The notes under the pieces are model-generated. The model did no database searches and was not told the origin of the DNA. It worked only from the letters and a program-made list of their open reading frames with translations. A stretch of 64,000 nt of DNA from Gemmatimonadales bacterium (GTDB lineage: Bacteria > Gemmatimonadota > Gemmatimonadetes > Gemmatimonadales > GWC2-71-9). This document shows positions 24,751 to 32,530 of this stretch, piece after piece. How positions within the stretch are numbered: position 1 is the stretch's first letter; each line of letters starts with the position of its first letter. The stretch spans positions 244-64,243 of the forward strand of contig DATDEZ010000119.1 of assembly GCA_036522875.1 (NCBI GenBank), written 5' to 3'. Both the position numbers and the translations under genes were made by a program.

Positions 24751-25937
24751 GCGCTCGCGCTCTCGGGCTGTCCGGCCGACTCGAGATACTCGACGCCGAG
24801 CTTGACGAACGTCTCGCGGTTGAGCTCGGCGTCGAGCGGCCGGCGACCGAGGAACTCGCGCACGGTCTCGTTGAGCGACTGCCTCCGCCCCCCGGGACCC
24901 GCCGCTCCGACCACCGACCGCTGTGACGCCGGCCGCCGCAGCTCCAGGTTGAAGTTGAGCGCGCGCGCCTTGTAGGCACGGATGGCGGAGTGATCGAGAT
25001 CGCGCGCCGTCGCGCGCTCCACGTCCCAGGCCAGCAGCCGCACGATCTGATCGTCGATCTTGACGGCGCTCACGCGCTCGCCGATTTGCGCGTCCAGCTC
25101 TTTCGCCGACAGGCCGGCGCCCTGGATCGGCGGCAGATCGATGTGGCGTCGCTGCGGAGCAATGGGCCGGAACGTCACCCGCGCGCCCGGAAGCTCGACG
25201 AGCAGGTATCCCTTGCCCTGGCGCTTCGACTTCTTCTGCTCGGCCTCGTCCTGGATCTGGCCCCACGGATTCGGCGGGAGGTACTCGAGACTGCCCGAGT
25301 ACCAGGCGTTGGCGGCGACCGCTTGCGCGGTGTGATAGTGGCCGAGCGCGATGTAGTCCCACTTTTCCGGCGCGAGCAGGTCACGAGACAGCTCGGCGCC
25401 GCCGTATTCGATCGTCCCGCGCTCTTCGCCGAGGTTGCCGTACTTCCCGTGCGTGACGAGCAGATTGAGCGTCGGGCCGCCCGGCTCGGGCCGGAGCGCG
25501 GGCCGGTCCGCCCTTGCGAGCGCCTGCTGCGGCACGGCGAGCACCGCGCAATCGAGCTGCGGCAGGATGATGCGGCGCGCGTCTTCGACCGCGATCTCGA
25601 CGCCGAGCGCTTCGTACAGCCGGAGGATCGTGCCGGTTTCGGTCGAGCGCGGCGTGTCGTGCTCGCCGGCGATCACGACGATCGGCGTTTTCGGGAGTCC
25701 GGCGCGAAGTCGCTGCAGCTGCTGAAAGCAGAACAGAATGGCGGCGTTCGTCGGCCGGACGGAGTGGAAGAGATCGCCGGCGATGACGATCAGGTCGGGC
25801 TTCTGCTCGAGCATGTCGTCGATGGCGCGCTTGAACACTTCTGCGACGTCCGCCTCGCGCTGATTCGTCCCCCTCGGAGTTTGCCGGTCGAACTGGCGGA
25901 ACCCGAGGTGCAAATCGGCGAGGTGGGCGAGCTTCAT
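24747..25937 (-). CDS. sbcD: SbcD/Mre11-family nuclease
   Basis: 396 aa. Calcineurin-like phosphoesterase motifs LADLHLG, GDLFH, GEHD, THG and GHYH. ATGA overlap with sbcC. Confidence 0.9.
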   Translation of the reverse strand: MKLAHLADLHLGFRQFDRQTPRGTNQREADVAEVFKRAIDDMLEQKPDLIVIAGDLFHSVRPTNAAILFCFQQLQRLRAGLPKTPIVVIAGEHDTPRSTETGTILRLYEALGVEIAVEDARRIILPQLDCAVLAVPQQALARADRPALRPEPGGPTLNLLVTHGKYGNLGEERGTIEYGGAELSRDLLAPEKWDYIALGHYHTAQAVAANAWYSGSLEYLPPNPWGQIQDEAEQKKSKRQGKGYLLVELPGARVTFRPIAPQRRHIDLPPIQGAGLSAKELDAQIGERVSAVKIDDQIVRLLAWDVERATARDLDHSAIRAYKARALNFNLELRRPASQRSVVGAAGPGGRRQSLNETVREFLGRRPLDAELNRETFVKLGVEYLESAGQPESASA

Positions 25938-27901
25938 CAGTACGGCTCGTCCGAAATCGGGTTGAGTGGCGGGACGCTGTGATGCGCTCGCTCCGGCTCC
26001 GATTCCGCCGCGATGCGGGCACCGAGGACCTTCCGGAAGAACGCCAACGCGTCGTCGGGACGCGTCCGGCGCACCGCGGCGAGCGCGCGCCGCACATCAT
26101 CCTGCTCGCGATCGGCGATCAGGTCTTTCACCTGATTGGGCCGCACGCGACGGTCGAGTCGCACCAGCTGGCGCACGACCGCGTCCTCGAACGGCACGTC
26201 GACGGCGGGCGGAAAGCGCTCGACGCCGTCGCGGCCCCGCAGCACGGGCGGCTTGGGAAAGCGCACGAAGATCGGCTGCGTGAAATGCGGGTGGCGCACC
26301 ATCAGCTCGCCGATCGGCAGCGTCGCCAGCTTGCTCTTGATCGCCGGCGTGAGGACCTGATAGCCCGGCGTCGCCAGCTCGTCCATGTCCATGCGACCGA
26401 ATAGCTGCGTCCCGGCGTTCCCGACCACGCGGCGGTGCACCTGCGAGCGAAACTGCTCCGCGCCGAACAAGACGAGGCCGAGGTAGCGGCCGCGCTCGGA
26501 GATGTCGAGCAGCATCTTCTTGACGTAGGTCTCGGGACCGTCGCCGGGCGCGTACTTGTTCAGCTCGTCCACGAAGACCACCACCGCGTCCACGCCGAGC
26601 TCCCGGCGCTCGAGCTGCTCGCGCAGCTTCGACACGACGCGCGCGAACACGAGGTCCTGACCCAGCGGATCGACGTTCGCGATGTCAATGACGTAGACGG
26701 TGCGGTCCTCGAACGCGTTCCACGGCAGATCGTTCGACGGCCCGTCGTCGGTGACCAGACCTTTGCAGCGCGTCGAGATGTTGAGCAGGCGATTGCGCAC
26801 TTTGCGCATCGTGGCGATGTGGTGCGTGCGCCAGGTGTCGCTGCGACCGCCGGCCGTGATCTCCAGACCGTCGAAGATCGCACGGAAGAAGCGATCGAGG
26901 TCGCCGAACGTTTGGACGCGGTGCGTCGTGCCGAAGCCGTCGTCAAACGTTCGTCCCAGCACTCTGTCCCTGAGAAAGTCGATGAATGCATCGGCCTTCG
27001 CGTCGATGTCGTCGCGGTTGAGCAGCACCTCCGCGTAGTCCACGACTTCCTGCAACCCCCACGTCAGCGCTTCGACATCGCCGACCAAATCGGCATGCGT
27101 GCGCAACGTGTTGAGATTCACGCCGTCGGCCTTGAGCGGCGCGAACATGCGGACGCGCTCGAACGGTTTCGGGGCCACGCCCAGTTTCTCGTATCGCTGC
27201 CGGTCTTCGTCGCTCAAGTCCGCCGGTTGATCGAGAAAGCACAGGTCCGGGCCTTTGACGTTGAAGCAGAGCGCGGCGACGCGGCCCTTGTGGGCCGGGA
27301 AGTGCGCGAAGATCGACGCGAGCAGGAACTCAACGGCGCTGGTCTTCGTCGCCAGTCCCGAGACCCCGGAGATGTTGAGGTGCGCCGCCTCGGGACCGAG
27401 CAGGAAGTCGGCATCGAGATACACGGGCGACTCGTGACCCGCGGACGTGTAGAGGCCGACCGGAATCGCCGTCGGCGTCGCGGAATTGAGGAAGGTGTCC
27501 ATGCGGAGCGCTTGCGCCACGTCGGCGTCGTCGGCCACGAACACCTGGCCGAGCGGCACGGGCTGCAGCGGCTCCTCGGGCGTCTGCCGCAAGACCGCGG
27601 CGGTCCAATAGCGGATTTGCTGGCGCGCGGTCGGCGCCTCGTGCGCGCGCGTCGGGTCGCCCTCGGCGCCCACGACGTCGTGCAGCGGCGTGGCGAGATC
27701 GGAGTACGCGAACCCCTCGGTCACGACGCCGTAGACGACGCGTCCGTCGTTCCCCGTCCCCTGTCCGCCGACGGTGACGATCGCGCCGATGCCGATGCTC
27801 GTTTCGGTCGCGGTCCAGAAATGGAACTGGTGCGGCGTGGCGGGCTTCAGCTCCGTCGCAACGACCCGGCCGATCGGTTGCGGATCCGGGCGTTTGATCA
27901 T
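25937..27901 (-). CDS. herA: HerA-like (FtsK-HerA superfamily, DUF87-type) ATPase
   Basis: Start at the internal ATG (MIKRPDPQPIGRVVATE). HAS-barrel-like N-terminus, atypical P-loop GVSGLATKTS, Walker B VVVFVDELNKY, then GAEQ. 654 aa. Its stop overlaps the sbcD start (TGATG). Confidence 0.72.
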   Translation of the reverse strand: MIKRPDPQPIGRVVATELKPATPHQFHFWTATETSIGIGAIVTVGGQGTGNDGRVVYGVVTEGFAYSDLATPLHDVVGAEGDPTRAHEAPTARQQIRYWTAAVLRQTPEEPLQPVPLGQVFVADDADVAQALRMDTFLNSATPTAIPVGLYTSAGHESPVYLDADFLLGPEAAHLNISGVSGLATKTSAVEFLLASIFAHFPAHKGRVAALCFNVKGPDLCFLDQPADLSDEDRQRYEKLGVAPKPFERVRMFAPLKADGVNLNTLRTHADLVGDVEALTWGLQEVVDYAEVLLNRDDIDAKADAFIDFLRDRVLGRTFDDGFGTTHRVQTFGDLDRFFRAIFDGLEITAGGRSDTWRTHHIATMRKVRNRLLNISTRCKGLVTDDGPSNDLPWNAFEDRTVYVIDIANVDPLGQDLVFARVVSKLREQLERRELGVDAVVVFVDELNKYAPGDGPETYVKKMLLDISERGRYLGLVLFGAEQFRSQVHRRVVGNAGTQLFGRMDMDELATPGYQVLTPAIKSKLATLPIGELMVRHPHFTQPIFVRFPKPPVLRGRDGVERFPPAVDVPFEDAVVRQLVRLDRRVRPNQVKDLIADREQDDVRRALAAVRRTRPDDALAFFRKVLGARIAAESEPERAHHSVPPLNPISDEPY

Positions 27902-28860
27902 GTGCCGGTGCGCGGCAATCGGGATGCCCGGTGGGACTGCAAGTCCCGGGGCGCCCGGGCTTTCAGGTATTCTTCCACGTGATGTAAAGGATACAACAGC
28001 CGGTCCCAGCGGGTGGCCGGCGTCGCCAGCGGCGCCCGCTCGGCGTAGAGCCAGGCGCTCAGGAACGGCGCTTGCGCGATGGTTTCGGGGTGCGCGCGCG
28101 CCTCGACCCGCAACAATCCGTACAACAGGTCGTTGCCTTCCCACGGCCACAGGCGGACGTACCACGAATAGACCTCCGTACGCGTGTGCCCGCCGCGGAC
28201 GGCGAAGACGCTCGTGCGATGACCGGCCGGTAACGTCAACGCGCGCTCGAGTCCCCTTCCTTCGAGAAACTGCGCCCCGTGACTCTTGATGACGCCGAGC
28301 GCGCGCGGGTGGCGCGCCACCGCCGGAGCGCGGGACAGACGTCCATCCAGCAGCAGCCATTCGTCGTCACCGAGTTGTTGCACGGCCGATTCGGCCAATT
28401 CGCGCTCGAGGTGCGCGCGCGCCCGTCGCACGGTCGACTCGACTGTCTCGAGGTAGCGCGCCGGTTGCTCGACGAGATCGCCGTCGATCGGCTCGACATC
28501 CACGCCCGCCTGCTCCAGCTCGCGCCGTGGCGCCGCGCTCATGCGGTCGAGCGGCGCGACGGCAAAGGACCGGCTGCGCTCCATCGTCGTGTGCAGGGTT
28601 CCGGTCGCACCGCGGCGCCGCACCGCTGCCGCGATATACGCGCTGACGACCTGGACGATGCCGTCATGCGCGACGATGCCCCAGCGCTCGATGCCATTCA
28701 AGAACGAGACCGGGTTCGGGATTCGGGCTTCGGGAAGCGGATGGGTGTGCAGCTCGAGACCTTCGACGACGTCCGCCTGCTCACCCGTCTCCGGCTCGTC
28801 GGTCTTCCGGCCATTGCCCGGCACGGCGCCGGCGGCAATGAGCGCCTGCCACCAGGTCAT
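27898..28860 (-). CDS. nurA: NurA-like nuclease (tentative)
   Basis: Start at the internal ATG (MTWWQALI), 320 aa. Motifs IVAHDG and WLLLDGRL resemble NurA RNase-H-like acidic motifs. ATGA overlap with the HerA-like gene. The assignment rests on motifs plus gene context only. Confidence 0.5.
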   Translation of the reverse strand: MTWWQALIAAGAVPGNGRKTDEPETGEQADVVEGLELHTHPLPEARIPNPVSFLNGIERWGIVAHDGIVQVVSAYIAAAVRRRGATGTLHTTMERSRSFAVAPLDRMSAAPRRELEQAGVDVEPIDGDLVEQPARYLETVESTVRRARAHLERELAESAVQQLGDDEWLLLDGRLSRAPAVARHPRALGVIKSHGAQFLEGRGLERALTLPAGHRTSVFAVRGGHTRTEVYSWYVRLWPWEGNDLLYGLLRVEARAHPETIAQAPFLSAWLYAERAPLATPATRWDRLLYPLHHVEEYLKARAPRDLQSHRASRLPRTGT

Positions 28861-29495
28861 GCCGTCTCCCGCACCTTGAGTCCCACGACCAGGCCGTCGC
28901 GGACCGGGATGATCGTCGCCACGAGCCGCGGGTCGTGCGCGGCGAGCTGGTTGAACGCCCGCACGCCGCGCGCATTCCCCGATTGATCGTTCGGATCGAT
29001 CGCCGCGCCGTGGAAGAACGCGTTGTCGCACAGCAGCAGGCCGCCCTTGCGCAGCAGTCTCATCGCCCAGTCGAAGTACTTGGGAAGCGGCTCCTTGTCG
29101 GCGTCGATGAACACCGCGTCGAACCCCGGGGCGAGCGTCGGCAGCACCTCCAGCGCCGAGCCTTCGATCAGCGTGACGCGACCGTGCAGTTTCGCCATGT
29201 CGAATGCCTCACGCGCGGCCGTGGCGTGCTTGGGATCCTTCTCGATCGTCGTCAGCTCGCCGCCGGGCGGGAGCGCTCGCGCGAGCCAGACGCCGCTGTA
29301 TCCTCCGAGCGATCCGATCTCGAGCACGCGGGTCGCGCCGACGAGCAGCAGCAAGAGATGCAGCAGCTTGCCCTCTTCCGGCGACACGTTGATCGCCGGC
29401 AGGTTCAGGGCCGTGTGACGGGCGCGGATTTTTGCGAGTATCGGGTCTTCGGCGGCGAACAGCTCGGTGACGTAACGTTCGAAACGTTCGTCCAC
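28857..29495 (-). CDS. class I SAM-dependent O-methyltransferase (family 3, YrrM/caffeoyl-CoA OMT-like)
   Basis: Motifs VLEIGSLGGYSGVWLA and FDAVFIDADKE. I prefer the GTG start at 29495 (213 aa) over the ATG at 29543, which would overlap the upstream gene by 49 nt. Confidence 0.82.
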   Translation of the reverse strand: MDERFERYVTELFAAEDPILAKIRARHTALNLPAINVSPEEGKLLHLLLLLVGATRVLEIGSLGGYSGVWLARALPPGGELTTIEKDPKHATAAREAFDMAKLHGRVTLIEGSALEVLPTLAPGFDAVFIDADKEPLPKYFDWAMRLLRKGGLLLCDNAFFHGAAIDPNDQSGNARGVRAFNQLAAHDPRLVATIIPVRDGLVVGLKVRETA

Positions 29496-30010
29496 TACGC
29501 CGTGGCTTCGACGTTCGGGAAGGGGGGCACTTCGAGGAGCCATAGTCCGGCGAGTCGCGACTGTTTGTCGATCTCCACCAGCATGTGATCGGCCACGCGG
29601 ACGACGGTGATGGGCCGTTTCTGACCGACGCGAATGTGAAATACCGATTCTGTTTGATTCTTGTCGACCGTCAACGCCGTATCAACTTCGACGGCCGCGA
29701 CGCCCGGCTGCGAGCGCCGATCGGGGAAGGTCACCTGCCCTTCCTTCGACGTCTCGGGAGGCGCCAGCGTGGCCACGGTGCGGACATCATCCGGCCACGT
29801 CACCACGTCGACGCCACGCAGCGCCCCGCCCGCGACGTCGATGACGACGAATGAGCCGTCCCCGCCCTCGAGATCCACGGTGCCGTTCATGCCGTTCCCT
29901 TTCGGGACACCTTTGCAAGCCACGGTCAGAATGTCGGTCTCGGGGTCCCAGCGGTACGACACTTTCGGGAGCTTGCCGTCGAGCGGCGCGATGCGTGCTT
30001 CGAAGTGCAT
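29495..30010 (-). CDS. hypothetical protein, DUF2283-like duplicated module
   Basis: 171 aa. SYRWDPETDILTV and ADHMLVEIDKQSRLAGLWLLEV resemble the YDxExDxL...GxxxGIEI pattern of DUF2283. This is a weak call. Confidence 0.4.
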   Translation of the reverse strand: MHFEARIAPLDGKLPKVSYRWDPETDILTVACKGVPKGNGMNGTVDLEGGDGSFVVIDVAGGALRGVDVVTWPDDVRTVATLAPPETSKEGQVTFPDRRSQPGVAAVEVDTALTVDKNQTESVFHIRVGQKRPITVVRVADHMLVEIDKQSRLAGLWLLEVPPFPNVEATA

Positions 30011-30032
30011 GTCGGGTTAATATAGCTGCACC
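30011..30032. promoter_or_regulatory. 22-nt divergent intergenic region with an AT-rich core TTAATATAG (candidate shared -10 elements)
   Basis: TAATAT on the plus strand ends 9 nt before ATG 30033. TATATT on the minus strand ends 8 nt before ATG 30010. There is no room for a Shine-Dalgarno leader on either side. Confidence 0.3.
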
Positions 30033-31271
30033 ATGGAACGACGCGAGTTTGTCTCGACAGTTGCGGGTATGGCGGCGGTGCCGCTCGTGGGGAGTGCGGC
30101 GTGGAGCGTGCGGCGCAGCGATGCCGACCCATCGACGCCGCACGCCGCACGCAACATCCAGGGCCCGGCTCTCGGCCCCGAGGTCTTCGCGAAGCGGCTC
30201 GAGAAGCTGCAAGCGGAGATGAAGACGCGGAAATTCGATCTCTACGTCGCTGAGCCGAGCACGAATTTCCAGTATCTGACGGGCTACAATCCGGGACGCA
30301 GCGAGCGGCTGATTCTGCTCATGGTGCCGCAGATCGGCGCGCCGCGCATCATCTGCCCTTCCTTTGAAGTCGAGCGGATCAAGCGCAACACGGCGATCGG
30401 AGACGCGCGCGGCTGGGAAGAGCAGGAAAACCCGTGGGGCCTCGTCAAACAGGGCGGCCGCGATTACAAGCCGGCCCATCGCAATGGCACGCTCGCGCTC
30501 GAGCCGACGACGTCGTATCAGAGCTATTTGCACCTCGACGACAAGCTCGGCAGCTGGAAGTTCGAGAACGGCGCGGTCGTCACCGAGCGGCTGCGCATCG
30601 TCAAAGGTCCCGAAGAAATCGCCCTCATCCGGCAAGCCATCGCGGCGACGCAGGCGTCGATCGCCGCGACGTTCACGCAGCTCCAGGTCGGCATGAGCGA
30701 GCGCGACGTCGCGGACTTGCTGTCGCGCGAGATGGCGAGTCGCGGCTCTCCGGGCGGCGGGCTGGTGCAGTTCGGTCCCTCCAGCGCGCTGCCGCACGGC
30801 GGCCCGTCCGCCGGTAAGCTCACGAAGGAGACGGTCGTGCTGATCGACGCGGGCTCACGCGTCGAGGGCTACACGTCGGACATCACGCGCACGATCTGGT
30901 TTGGCGACGCGCCTTCGGACGAGTTCAAGAAGGTCTACAACATCGTCCACGACGCTCAGACCGCCGCGGTCGCGAACGCGAAGCCGTTCACCACGCAGTG
31001 CCAGGACGTCGACCGCGCCGCGCGCAAAGTCATCACCGACGCCGGTTACGGGCAATTCTTCCTCCACCGCCTCGGCCACGGCATGGGCATGGACGGCCAC
31101 GAGCCGCCCTACATGGTCGAGGGGAACGAAACGCGGATCGAACCGGGGATGGTCTTCACCGATGAGCCGGGGATCTACCAGCTCAACAAATTCGGGGTGC
31201 GGATCGAGGACGACTGCGTCATGACGGAGAACGGCCCGGAGTTTCTCTCCCAGCGGGCGGCGAAACTCTAG
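30033..31271 (+). CDS. M24 family Xaa-Pro dipeptidase with a Tat-type signal
   Basis: 412 aa. ERREFVS twin-arginine N-terminus, creatinase/prolidase N-domain, and M24 ligand context DAGSRVEGYTSDITRT, HRLGHGMGMDGHE and GVRIEDD. Confidence 0.85.
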   Translation: MERREFVSTVAGMAAVPLVGSAAWSVRRSDADPSTPHAARNIQGPALGPEVFAKRLEKLQAEMKTRKFDLYVAEPSTNFQYLTGYNPGRSERLILLMVPQIGAPRIICPSFEVERIKRNTAIGDARGWEEQENPWGLVKQGGRDYKPAHRNGTLALEPTTSYQSYLHLDDKLGSWKFENGAVVTERLRIVKGPEEIALIRQAIAATQASIAATFTQLQVGMSERDVADLLSREMASRGSPGGGLVQFGPSSALPHGGPSAGKLTKETVVLIDAGSRVEGYTSDITRTIWFGDAPSDEFKKVYNIVHDAQTAAVANAKPFTTQCQDVDRAARKVITDAGYGQFFLHRLGHGMGMDGHEPPYMVEGNETRIEPGMVFTDEPGIYQLNKFGVRIEDDCVMTENGPEFLSQRAAKL

Positions 31272-32455
31272 TCGCCGAGCTTTCTCGCGAAGCTGACGAT
31301 GCGGTCTAACGCCTGCTTGATCGAATCGGTCGCGGCCGCGTACGACAACCGCACCCAGCGATCGTCACCGAACGCCGCGCCCGGCACGAGCGCCACGCCG
31401 CTCTGCGTGATGAGCTTCGTGCAGAACTCGGTACCGGTGATCTTCCCGAACGAATCCACCCGAAAGAAGAAGTAGAAGGCGCCGAGCGGATCGACGAATT
31501 CGACGCCGGGCAGGTCCTGCCGGAACCGCGTGACGACCAGGTCACGGCGTTTGCGAAACTCGCCCACCATCCGGTGCACATCCTGCTCGACCCGCTCGTC
31601 GCCGAGCGCGGCCGCGGCCGCGAACTGGGCGGGGTGGTTGGCGCCGGTCGTGGTGTGCGACTGCAGGGCAGCCATCGCCTTCGCGATCTTCGCCGGCGCG
31701 AGCGCGAAGCCGATGCGCCAGCCCGTCATCGCATAAGTCTTGCTGACGCCCGTGATCAGCACGACCCGCTCGAGCAATTCGTCGGGCAGATCGAGGAACG
31801 ACGGCGCCGGGCCGGTGCCGTAATGGATGCGCCGATAGATCTCGTCGGCGATGACCCAGACCTTCCGCTCCTTCGCCCACTGCGCGATGGCTTTGATCTC
31901 GGCGTGCGTGTACACGGCGCCCGTCGGGTTGCAGGGCGAGCACAGGATCAGGCCCGACGCGCCGGGCAGCATCCGCTCGAGGTCTTTGACGCTCGCCTTG
32001 AGGCTCCACTCGGGATCGCCGGCGATCATGACGGGTCGCGCGCGCGCGAGATGGACGATCTGCGGGTACGACACCCACGCGGGCGCCGGAATCGCGACGA
32101 CGTCGCCCGGGCCGAACAGCGTGAAGCAGGCGTTGAACAGCGACTGCTTGGAGCCGTTCGACACGACGATGTGGTCGGCGTTCACGGGCCGGCCGCCCGA
32201 CAGCAGCGAGAGGTGGGTCGCGGCGGCGGCGCGCAGCTCGAGAATGCCTTCGTTGGCCGAGTAGTGCGTCTTGCCGTCTTTGATCGCGCGAATGCCGGCA
32301 TCGGCCGGGATCGACGGCGTTGGAAAATCCGGCTCTCCCGCGCCAAGGTCGATGACGTCTTCGCCCGCCGCCTTGCGTCGTTTGGCCTCCGCCGAGATCG
32401 CGATCGTGGCCGACGTTTCGAGATGCTGGAGGTTGGCGGAAAGACCGTCACTCAT
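31268..32455 (-). CDS. aspartate/aromatic aminotransferase (class I PLP-dependent)
   Basis: 395 aa. PLP lysine motif SKTYAMTGWRIG and the class I/II aminotransferase pattern. Confidence 0.9.
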   Translation of the reverse strand: MSDGLSANLQHLETSATIAISAEAKRRKAAGEDVIDLGAGEPDFPTPSIPADAGIRAIKDGKTHYSANEGILELRAAAATHLSLLSGGRPVNADHIVVSNGSKQSLFNACFTLFGPGDVVAIPAPAWVSYPQIVHLARARPVMIAGDPEWSLKASVKDLERMLPGASGLILCSPCNPTGAVYTHAEIKAIAQWAKERKVWVIADEIYRRIHYGTGPAPSFLDLPDELLERVVLITGVSKTYAMTGWRIGFALAPAKIAKAMAALQSHTTTGANHPAQFAAAAALGDERVEQDVHRMVGEFRKRRDLVVTRFRQDLPGVEFVDPLGAFYFFFRVDSFGKITGTEFCTKLITQSGVALVPGAAFGDDRWVRLSYAAATDSIKQALDRIVSFARKLGD

Positions 32456-32530
32456 CGCGGGATCGCTCCGTGGCGTTATAGAAGGAAAAGGGCCGGGAGG
32501 TTACCTTTCACGCGCGAAAGTTAGCATCCT

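Noticed and set aside
24751-25362. N-terminal extension of the 1013-aa sbcC ORF, and analogous extensions at 27902..28360 (HerA-like), 28861..29031 (NurA-like), 6655..7008 (ligA), 12249..12692 (tldD) and 43047..44108
   Set aside because: The extensions overlap the upstream genes, are Arg/Pro/Gly-rich with no homology pattern, and precede internal start codons that reproduce canonical N-termini and ATGA/GTGA coupling.
28696-28698. Possible loss of the first catalytic Asp in the NurA-like protein (Asn55 in VSFLNGIE)
   Set aside because: On re-reading, the nearby IVAHDG (Asp66) fits the hydrophobic-strand-then-DG pattern better. I therefore have no basis to claim an inactive nuclease.
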